DNA of 7,228 nucleotides from Acinetobacter geminorum (GCF_013009345.1 NZ_JABELE010000007.1:178713-185940), one strand, 5' to 3'; positions 1 to 5,105 are shown, counted from the stretch's first letter. Notes: generated by a model from the sequence alone, not told the origin. Numbers and translations: made by a program.

Positions 1-534
1 TGGACTGTCGGTCTTTTACGTTTTGAATCACGTTTAAAAAAACGTTGGCTTGAACGTAATGGAATTCCTACCAATCTCTTTGATTTAATTAAGTTTCAAC
101 GTTCCAACCCAAATTTACTTCAAACACTCTGGACTAAAGCTACTCATAGCATTTTTGATGCCTTACGAGGTCAAACTATGAAATTAACAGACGATACTAG
201 TGTTCTTGAAGCTATCCAACGATCTGATGTTGTTTTAACCAAATCTGGTAAAGCTTCCCCAACTAAAGTACGTAATTTATTTGCCATGTATTGTCTTATC
301 CGCGAAAAGGGATTTGATGAAGTTAAAACGACTTATGGCAAGTCTCAATTTCACAATCTAATAGCCCAGTTATGTGCTGTACAAGGTCTTAATAAAGGTA
401 TCTTGCAGAACTTACATACAGGCAATGCCAACAATATTATTCCGTTTATTAAGTTCGTAGACATAGATTTCAATCAACAATTGCCAGATTGGTACGAAGA
501 GCCAGTTTCGCAGTTTAACTACAAAATCGCATAG
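1..534 (+). CDS. Replication initiation protein of element A (gpII/RstA-like), C-terminal fragment; the 5' end lies outside the window
   Basis: Frame 1 is open from base 1 (WTVGLLRFESRLKKRWLERNGIPTNLFDLIKFQRSNPNLL...). It aligns by eye with residues ~235-411 of the 411-aa ORF at 1450-2685 (GLLRFE, GIPTNLF, NIIPF.K.V.I.F..Q.PD...EPVS.FN). Same context as in element B, followed by a small gene. Confidence 0.75.
   Translation, partial: WTVGLLRFESRLKKRWLERNGIPTNLFDLIKFQRSNPNLLQTLWTKATHSIFDALRGQTMKLTDDTSVLEAIQRSDVVLTKSGKASPTKVRNLFAMYCLIREKGFDEVKTTYGKSQFHNLIAQLCAVQGLNKGILQNLHTGNANNIIPFIKFVDIDFNQQLPDWYEEPVSQFNYKIA
178..534 (+). CDS. Possible nested in-frame pX-like product (C-terminal 118 aa of element A Rep)
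   Basis: In-frame ATG at 178, preceded by GAGG (167-170) and a 7-nt spacer. The same arrangement is conserved at the homologous position of the element B rep gene (2323). Confidence 0.35.
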   Translation: MKLTDDTSVLEAIQRSDVVLTKSGKASPTKVRNLFAMYCLIREKGFDEVKTTYGKSQFHNLIAQLCAVQGLNKGILQNLHTGNANNIIPFIKFVDIDFNQQLPDWYEEPVSQFNYKIA

Positions 535-542
535 GTGAGCAA

Positions 543-866
543 ATGAACAATTCACAACATCCAATCATGACAGTTACAGGCATTCGTAAAGCTGCTGGAG
601 ACTTTCAAGACGAAAAAGGCAAAACAATCGAGTTTTCAAACACGGTTGTAACTGTGCTGCAAGAATATTCAGATCGTGAGAAAGAACAAGGCGCAATCGG
701 TTTTAAATCGACTGACTACAAGATTAAAGGCGCTCAGTTCTTCAATGATTATCTTCATCAGGAATTACCAAACAAAGCTAAGTTGATCTTTGATTGGGAT
801 TTCACAGGCAAACAACCAAAGGCTGTGTTAGTAGCTTTGGATTTTGATGGTGTGGAAGCAGCGTAA
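543..866 (+). CDS. Small protein in the gpV/RstB (ssDNA-binding) position of element A; function inferred from position only
   Basis: 107-aa ORF. ATG lies 5 nt after AGGTGA (533-538), which overlaps the rep stop codon. It directly follows rep, as gene V / rstB do in filamentous phages. No sequence motif recognised. Confidence 0.45.
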   Translation: MNNSQHPIMTVTGIRKAAGDFQDEKGKTIEFSNTVVTVLQEYSDREKEQGAIGFKSTDYKIKGAQFFNDYLHQELPNKAKLIFDWDFTGKQPKAVLVALDFDGVEAA

Positions 867-901
867 TAAAGCTATACGAATCAAAGTGTTAATAATAAAA
901 C

Positions 902-936
902 ACTTCGTATAATGTGATGTCCAGATTATGTTACTA
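902..936 (+). other. dif-like site 1: XerC-like arm ACTTCGTATAA, 13-nt spacer TGTGATGTCCAGA, XerD-like arm TTATGTTACTA
   Basis: The arms resemble the E. coli dif arms (GGTGCGCATAA / TTATGTTAAAT) and the TTCGTATAA / TTATGTTAA arms recalled for Acinetobacter dif/pdif sites. The spacer is 13 nt rather than 6. Confidence 0.6.
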
Positions 937-982
937 AGCCCCAGTGAGAAGATTACACAGTCTCACGGGGCTTTTTAACATC
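904..982. repeat. Left copy of a 79-bp (or longer) perfect direct repeat, the array junction / attP right half
   Basis: 904-982 matches 7150-7228 at every base (offset 6246). The repeat is cut by the window end, so its true length is unknown. Identity begins inside the XerC-like arm TTCGTATAA. Confidence 0.95.
939..976 (+). terminator. Rho-independent terminator-like hairpin, which is also the apex of the attP hairpin
   Basis: CCCC(A)GTGAGA (939-949) pairs with TCTCACGGGG (961-970), with an 11-nt loop, followed by CTTTTT (971-976). The same structure follows orf74 at 7185-7222. Confidence 0.6.
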
Positions 983-1001
983 AATCTGCATTATGCGAAC
1001 T
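973..1001 (-). other. dif-like site 2, inverted: AGTTCGCATAA, TGCAGAT, TGATGTTAAAA (read on the minus strand)
   Basis: The reverse complement of 973-1001 gives an 11-nt XerC-like arm, a 7-nt centre and an 11-nt XerD-like arm (9/11 to TTATGTTAAAT). It is in inverted orientation relative to site 1. Confidence 0.6.
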
Positions 1002-1006
1002 AGATG

Positions 1007-1095
1007 CAGCGTCGGGGCGCGACCGTCGGCGAGGGCTCGCAGCCGATCGGCGTTGACACGATGCTGGGAGAGTTAGAGCAGGGGCATCCGGATGC
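1007..1095. other. GC-rich structured intergenic island; candidate replication origin, packaging signal or minus-strand origin
   Basis: By hand count, 1007-1060 is about 41/54 G+C in an otherwise AT-rich window. It contains the perfect palindromes GCCGATCGGC (1042-1051) and GCATCCGGATGC (1084-1095), and a stem CCGTCGGC (1023-1030) / CCGATCGG (1043-1050, mispaired at the central T). It occupies the position of ig-1 in CTXphi. Confidence 0.35.
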
Positions 1096-1126
1096 AAAAA
1101 AAGTCCACCTTCTCTAGTGTGGACTT
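1096..1126 (-). terminator. Rho-independent terminator of the minus-strand regulator gene
   Basis: On the minus strand: AAGTCCAC, a 10-nt loop, GTGGACTT, followed by TTTTT. It starts 21 nt after the stop codon at 1147-1149. Confidence 0.7.
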
Positions 1127-1146
1127 AACTCCCGAATTTGGGAATT

Positions 1147-1341
1147 TTAATCATCTTTCCCCAAGTATTTTCTTCTATATTCAAGCACATCTGCTGCTGT
1201 GAGTTCTTTTATATGTTTTCTGATTAAAGCGTGAATTACATCACTTTCTTTAATCTTCATCTTCTTTTCAATCATGATATCTAGGGTCTTCTTTTCGACC
1301 ATTTCTGATTCTTCTTCTCTCAATCTCTGTGATATAGCCAT
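1147..1341 (-). CDS. Small transcriptional regulator, probably ribbon-helix-helix; positional analogue of the RstR repressor
   Basis: 64 aa from the ATG at 1341 (the track's GTG at 1350 adds 3 aa), with GGTG 6 nt upstream. MAISQRL (strand), an acidic/basic helix, then ESDVIHALIRKHIKEL fits the RHH pattern. It is divergent from rep, with a repeat-rich operator region between them. Confidence 0.55.
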   Translation of the reverse strand: MAISQRLREEESEMVEKKTLDIMIEKKMKIKESDVIHALIRKHIKELTAADVLEYRRKYLGKDD

Positions 1342-1350
1342 TTGTAACAC

Positions 1351-1449
1351 CGCTAAATGTAATAAGTGACAAATAATAATAAAATATGTTGATTTGTCAC
1401 ATGTGATATTGTATAAATCGCATTAAATGTGATTTGTGACAAATAACAA
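1351..1449. promoter_or_regulatory. Divergent back-to-back promoters with a repeated operator motif
   Basis: Plus strand: TTGATT (1389-1394), 17 nt, TATAAA (1412-1417), reading towards rep. Minus strand: GTGACA (1400-1395), 16 nt, TATTAT (1378-1373), reading towards the regulator. GTGACAAAT occurs at 1366-1374, at 1436-1444 and inverted at 1392-1400. Palindromes are TCACATGTGA (1397-1406) and ATTTGTGACAAAT (1432-1444). An imperfect ~24-bp direct repeat lies at 1353-1376 and 1423-1446. Confidence 0.55.
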
Positions 1450-2685
1450 ATGTTAGATAAAATCGTTATGCACATACCTGTTGATGCTTCACTAGTCGAT
1501 GTTGATAGTGAAGGTCGGTATTGCGTTTTCGGTTTTGATTTGCTTGATATTGGTTTGAAATTTGGTTCTTACGATGTCTTTAAAGATGAAGACGGGAATA
1601 CTAAGTGTCAGGTTTTAAGTCATCCATATTCAAGATTGCCTACTTCTTATACGAAGATGGCTTTTAAGTTTTTCCACGAGGGGAAGACCTACCCATATGT
1701 AGAACTAAAAGCTAGTCCTGCGAAGATTTTGCAAGGTCATAATGTTTATGGTTCTGATTGGATAGAGCAGGGAGCACTTGAAATGCTGGGATATCTTGCT
1801 GAATCACATCCGACGCTTTACGGCATGTTAGCCATTGGGGAAACTGAAATTAAGCAGCTTGATGCTACTTATTCAGCACGTTTACGTGATGATAATCAAG
1901 TAGCTCAAGTAATTGATTTTATGAGAAACATGTCTTCAAGACATATCCGTAAATCAGAGAAACAGGTTGTTTATAAGAATACTGTTTACTTTGGTTCGGA
2001 GCGCGGTAAGCGTTTCGCTCGTAAAGTTTACGGTAAATCATGTGAGTTTCAGGCTCAACTTGATGAACAAATTAAGCTTGCAAAAGCTAATGATAAATCT
2101 GCTCAACGTGTCGTTAAAGTCATGTCTGATCCAGATTTAATTGCCTTTACTAAAGGGCTTTTGCGGTTTGAAACAGGCATTAAAGCCTACGTTATGAAAG
2201 AACTCGGTATCCCGACTAATTTATTTCAACTTATTCGTTATCAACGCGCTAATCCTAATTTTTTACGTGATCTTTGGATCAAGGCTAATTCTGAAATTTT
2301 CAAAGCCCTTGAGGGTACTGCAATGAAAGCTACTGACCACGATACTGTCTTTAATCATTTATGTTCTGTATATGCTAAGCGAACCGCTTTAGGTCGTGTT
2401 TCGCTTACTAAAGCCCGTAATTTATTTACTTTCTATACAAATCTTGAAGTACATGGCTTTGAGGTTTTGAAGAAGCGTTATTCAGATACGCGTTTTTATG
2501 CAAATGTTGCTGATTTAGTTGCAGCGGGTTACTCAAAAGCATTTTTGCAGAATCTACATGTTGAGTCTAAATCCAACATTATTCCATTTCTTAAACTTGT
2601 CGAAATTAATTTCGAAAATCAAGTACCTGACAACTTTAAAGAACCAGTTTCTACGTTTAATCAACGCTTACTTAAAATCGCATAG
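1450..2685 (+). CDS. Filamentous-phage rolling-circle replication initiation protein (gpII / CRI / RstA-like)
   Basis: 411-aa ORF, first gene of the rightward operon, divergent from the small regulator and followed by a ~100-aa gene and then coat genes. It is paralogous to the partial ORF at 1-534. Family assignment is by synteny and size; no database search was possible. Confidence 0.7.
   Translation: MLDKIVMHIPVDASLVDVDSEGRYCVFGFDLLDIGLKFGSYDVFKDEDGNTKCQVLSHPYSRLPTSYTKMAFKFFHEGKTYPYVELKASPAKILQGHNVYGSDWIEQGALEMLGYLAESHPTLYGMLAIGETEIKQLDATYSARLRDDNQVAQVIDFMRNMSSRHIRKSEKQVVYKNTVYFGSERGKRFARKVYGKSCEFQAQLDEQIKLAKANDKSAQRVVKVMSDPDLIAFTKGLLRFETGIKAYVMKELGIPTNLFQLIRYQRANPNFLRDLWIKANSEIFKALEGTAMKATDHDTVFNHLCSVYAKRTALGRVSLTKARNLFTFYTNLEVHGFEVLKKRYSDTRFYANVADLVAAGYSKAFLQNLHVESKSNIIPFLKLVEINFENQVPDNFKEPVSTFNQRLLKIA
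2323..2685 (+). CDS. Possible nested in-frame pX-like protein (C-terminal 120 aa of Rep)
   Basis: In-frame ATG at 2323, preceded by GAGGG (2311-2315) and a 7-nt spacer. Position and spacing match element A (GAGG 167-170, ATG 178). Ff phages make pX this way from gene II. Confidence 0.35.
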   Translation: MKATDHDTVFNHLCSVYAKRTALGRVSLTKARNLFTFYTNLEVHGFEVLKKRYSDTRFYANVADLVAAGYSKAFLQNLHVESKSNIIPFLKLVEINFENQVPDNFKEPVSTFNQRLLKIA

Positions 2686-2695
2686 GTGAAAAATC

Positions 2696-3016
2696 ATGTC
2701 TCAAATTATCTTTAAAGCAAAGCTTCTCAATGTTGACACTGGAGTTGACCAGAAAACTGGTTCTTTAACCATGCGTCTGATTTTCCAATCACAGCGTTAT
2801 GACAAAGGTTTGGATCAGATTGTTCCATGTTCACAGAACGTCAAAGTTATTGAAGATCATCACCACATGAAAGATTTTTATTTGTCGTACAAAGGTCGTG
2901 AAATTTATTTACCAATTGAAATGACACCAGTTGAACGAAATATTTTTTATAAGACAACTGGTGATGGACGACCATTGCAGGTTGAAGAAAAGAAAGCTCC
3001 AGAGCTAAAAGCTTAA
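2696..3016 (+). CDS. Small protein in the gpV/RstB (ssDNA-binding) position of element B
   Basis: 106-aa ORF. ATG lies 6 nt after AGGTGA (2684-2689), which overlaps the rep stop. The call is positional only. It shows no visible similarity to the element A protein at 543-866. Confidence 0.45.
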   Translation: MSQIIFKAKLLNVDTGVDQKTGSLTMRLIFQSQRYDKGLDQIVPCSQNVKVIEDHHHMKDFYLSYKGREIYLPIEMTPVERNIFYKTTGDGRPLQVEEKKAPELKA

Positions 3017-3042
3017 TAGTATCAAAGGCTTACTTATACGTC

Positions 3043-3070
3043 ATGACGTATAATGTATAATATGTTAAAA
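3043..3070 (+). other. Internal near-canonical 28-bp dif-like site: ATGACGTATAA, TGTATA, ATATGTTAAAA
   Basis: By hand alignment it matches 21/28 positions of E. coli dif (GGTGCGCATAATGTATATTATGTTAAAT), including the identical 6-bp centre TGTATA. The XerC-like arm is the right half of the perfect 20-bp palindrome TTATACGTCATGACGTATAA (3034-3053). Confidence 0.6.
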
Positions 3071-3096
3071 ATCAATAACTTACGTGTATTTTTACT

Positions 3097-3186
3097 ATGA
3101 CACAGTACGTTTATAAATGCAAGAAGTGCGGGAAGGAGTTTACAAAACACTCTAGTTACTGCATCCACTTTTACAAGTGTAAATAA
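3097..3186 (+). CDS. 29-aa classical zinc-finger (C2HC) mini-protein; not in the ORF track
   Basis: MTQYVYKCKKCGKEFTKHSSYCIHFYKCK fits Y-x-C-x2-C-x3-F-x5-Y-x2-H-x3-C. The stop lies 5 nt before a strong hairpin/terminator. There is no obvious Shine-Dalgarno sequence, so translation is uncertain. Confidence 0.35.
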   Translation: MTQYVYKCKKCGKEFTKHSSYCIHFYKCK

Positions 3187-3191
3187 CAGAT

Positions 3192-3233
3192 TTGCTGGCT
3201 TTTGGGGGCGGGAACGCAAGCCAGCAATTTATT
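3192..3233 (+). terminator. Strong hairpin with a weak T-tract; terminator and/or ssDNA structural element
   Basis: TTGCTGGCTT (3192-3201) pairs perfectly with AAGCCAGCAA (3218-3227). The loop contains GCG-GGAA-CGC. TTTATT follows. Confidence 0.5.
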
Positions 3234-3247
3234 GGGGAATATAAGAA

Positions 3248-3427
3248 ATGTCGTCATACGTCTGCACCGAATTAGTAAACAACGTATGCCAACAATGGGC
3301 GGAGAATCCTAGCATTTTACCGCCTTTAACAATGGGTCAGGGCTTGGCAATTGGCGGTGCAATTTTCACGGTTCTGGCTTTTACACATGGAATCAAAATA
3401 TTGATTCAATTCGTCAAAAAACAATAG
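3248..3427 (+). CDS. 59-aa small membrane protein, probably a minor virion or assembly protein (pVII/pIX-type position); not in the ORF track
   Basis: The ATG at 3248 is preceded by GGGGA (3234-3238). MSSYVCTELVNNVCQQWAENPSILPPLTMGQGLAIGGAIFTVLAFTHGIKILIQFVKKQ has one hydrophobic span and a basic tail. Its stop codon TAG (3425-3427) lies within the AGGTGA RBS (3426-3431) of the coat gene. Confidence 0.5.
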   Translation: MSSYVCTELVNNVCQQWAENPSILPPLTMGQGLAIGGAIFTVLAFTHGIKILIQFVKKQ

Positions 3428-3436
3428 GTGAAAACT

Positions 3437-3664
3437 ATGGAAACTCAAGTTCAACAAACTAACAAACCTTCTACTTTAAAACGCGGTTTAGTTGTAGCTG
3501 CCGCAGTTGGGGCAACAGTACCGGCTTTTGCAGAGGGTTTTGATCCTTCAACCATCGTTACGATCATTTCAGGCTTCGTTGCTGGTGTATCTGCTATTGG
3601 TCTTGCTGTGTTATCACTTGTGGTAACTGGTAAAGTCTTTAAGTGGGTACGTACAGCAATGTAA
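3437..3664 (+). CDS. Major coat protein (pVIII-like) precursor
   Basis: The ATG at 3437 lies 5 nt after AGGTGA (3426-3431); the track's GTG at 3428 is a less likely start. The signal peptide ends AFA, then E. The mature ~43-aa form is EGFDPSTIV... with an acidic N-terminus, a hydrophobic core and a basic C-terminus (KVFKWVRTAM), the standard inovirus coat layout. A terminator follows. Confidence 0.85.
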   Translation: METQVQQTNKPSTLKRGLVVAAAVGATVPAFAEGFDPSTIVTIISGFVAGVSAIGLAVLSLVVTGKVFKWVRTAM

Positions 3665-3673
3665 AACCATTCT

Positions 3674-3724
3674 GGTGATCGAGTAGTGAATGATCTCTTA
3701 TTCATTACTCATCACCATTTTTTT
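3674..3724 (+). terminator. Rho-independent terminator after the major coat gene
   Basis: GGTGATCGAGTAGTGAAT pairs with ATTCATTACTCATCACC (one bulge, one G-T pair), followed by A and then T7 (3718-3724). This is analogous to the post-gene-VIII terminator of Ff phages. Confidence 0.7.
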
Positions 3725-3739
3725 ATCTAGAGGTTTTAT

Positions 3740-3811
3740 ATGACTTTAGAAACGTTTGGGGCTTACTTATGTATTTTCGTACTTACACTAATAGCTATAA
3801 AGCTCTTCTAG
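3740..3811 (+). CDS. 23-aa hydrophobic micro-ORF (possible pVII/pIX-like cap protein) overlapping the pIII-like start; not in the ORF track
   Basis: The ATG at 3740 lies 6 nt after AGAGG (3729-3733). MTLETFGAYLCIFVLTLIAIKLF is a single hydrophobic helix. It overlaps 3769-3811 in another frame. Confidence 0.25.
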   Translation: MTLETFGAYLCIFVLTLIAIKLF

Positions 3812-5103
3812 TTTGCATCATTTCTTTTTTTCTCACTTTTACACCATCTCTTGTATTTGCTACGACCGTTTCTGCTGAAGGTTGGTCTGTCACTAAACGT
3901 ATAGTTAACGGTGCAACAACAATTTATGACGGTGCAAAGAATGTCGTTATAAATGGTAAAAACTATACTGCGAAAGGTGTTGCCTCTGTTACTCCAGCAG
4001 CATCACAAGTTTCTAAAATGATTGTTAGAACTGGAGCTATATTAGCTGTTGATTTGGCAATTAAAGCTTTAATTGGTGGGGTTGGTTATGTTATGGATCC
4101 CGCAAATAATCGCGTCAAATATTATGAAGGTAATACTGACTATTTGGGTTCAGGTATTCATGTGCAAGGTGTTTACGGTTCTTCTGCAACTAATGCATGT
4201 ATTAACTATGTCGCGTTCTTACAAAAAGCAAATACATCATATAAATATCGCTATGACAATGTTACTGGTCTAAGACTCAATACTGGAACTTCATATTCAT
4301 TTAATTGTATGTATTCGGTAGATTTCTTTCCGACCGATTCTGATACACGAATGACGCAATATACGGCAACTGGAACAATCACTAACTACACGCAAACGAC
4401 TCAAGACGAAAAATATCTTGGTTATGATGCAATTGCGACTCAGTTGATTAGTGATGCAGTTGCAGAAAAATCAGATGCTAAAGCTTATGTTTCATCTGTT
4501 GCTGACACTGCATTAGAGGATGAACAGAAACAAATCGTTCCTGCTACTGATATAACTCAACAGCTTAATAATTCGCAGTCTATTCCTACGAGTGGAGCTG
4601 CTACTGGTGCGATTGCACCACCCACTACAGTAGACCCAACAACGGGCGAACCTGTTACACCAAAACCTTCTGATTTAACTTTAAATTTTCCTGAGTTCTG
4701 TGGCTGGGCGCCATTGGTCTGTCAAGCTGCTCAAGCAGCAATTAACTTTCCGTCAACTGCTGCAGGTTGGTGGAATACACTTTCTGGTTATTTGAAAGGT
4801 TACGACACTTGGTTAAATTCATTCGGCAAGGACGATGTAACTAAACCAGATTTGGATGAATATAAGATTCAAGAACCTAATCTAGATATATCAGTACATC
4901 AATATTTCGACTCATCTGCATTTTGCCCTGAAGATCGTCATATCCCGTTATCTATGGGTGGTCAAAGCCTAGATATTATTATTTCTTACTCTGCTTTATG
5001 TACTGTCGCACAGCAGTTTAGACCAGCCGTTATTTTGATGTCTTTCCTAGCTGGCGCATTCATCATTACTAATACTGGCCGTCGCGCTGAAACTGGAGAT
5101 TAA
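3769..5103 (+). CDS. Minor coat / receptor-binding adsorption protein (pIII / OrfU-like)
   Basis: 444 aa with an N-terminal signal peptide (..LTFTPSLVFA then TT). It has paired cysteines, a Thr/Pro/Gly-rich linker (GAATGAIAPPTTVDPTTGEPVTPKPSD) and a C-terminal hydrophobic anchor plus charged tail (AVILMSFLAGAFIITNTGRRAETGD). It sits after the coat gene. Confidence 0.7.
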   Translation: MYFRTYTNSYKALLVCIISFFLTFTPSLVFATTVSAEGWSVTKRIVNGATTIYDGAKNVVINGKNYTAKGVASVTPAASQVSKMIVRTGAILAVDLAIKALIGGVGYVMDPANNRVKYYEGNTDYLGSGIHVQGVYGSSATNACINYVAFLQKANTSYKYRYDNVTGLRLNTGTSYSFNCMYSVDFFPTDSDTRMTQYTATGTITNYTQTTQDEKYLGYDAIATQLISDAVAEKSDAKAYVSSVADTALEDEQKQIVPATDITQQLNNSQSIPTSGAATGAIAPPTTVDPTTGEPVTPKPSDLTLNFPEFCGWAPLVCQAAQAAINFPSTAAGWWNTLSGYLKGYDTWLNSFGKDDVTKPDLDEYKIQEPNLDISVHQYFDSSAFCPEDRHIPLSMGGQSLDIIISYSALCTVAQQFRPAVILMSFLAGAFIITNTGRRAETGD

Positions 5104-5105
5104 TT

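Noticed and set aside
885-904. AGTGTT/AACACT 6-bp hairpin after the element A small gene
   Set aside because: It is short, AT-rich, lacks a T-tract, and is expected by chance in this composition.
1004-1117. 37-aa plus-strand ORF (MQRRGATVGEGSQPIGVDTMLGELEQGHPDAKKVHLL) across the GC-rich island
   Set aside because: It has no RBS. It starts just after the attP arm (3 nt beyond dif-like site 2) and ends inside the convergent terminator. Its codon composition is unlike every other gene here. The palindromes explain the sequence better.
1353-1446. Repeated motifs considered as a possible CRISPR or iteron array
   Set aside because: There are only three 9-bp copies in mixed orientation within a promoter region. 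The spacing and size do not fit CRISPR. An operator interpretation is preferred.
3034-3219. 61-aa minus-strand ORF from the track
   Set aside because: It runs antisense across the dif-like site, the zinc-finger mini-ORF and into the terminator hairpin. It has no RBS and a low-complexity composition. The plus-strand features explain the region better.
3428-3436. GTG start for the major coat gene, as given in the ORF track
   Set aside because: The GTG is part of the AGGTGA Shine-Dalgarno, which sits 5 nt upstream of the ATG at 3437. The ATG start gives a normal signal peptide.
3451-3705. 84-aa minus-strand ORF
   Set aside because: It lies almost wholly antisense to the well-supported major coat gene and extends into that gene's terminator. 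This is a typical shadow ORF.
4073-4273. 66-aa plus-strand ORF inside the pIII-like gene
   Set aside because: It is out of frame, nested in a 444-aa ORF with clear signal peptide, linker and anchor architecture, and has no RBS.
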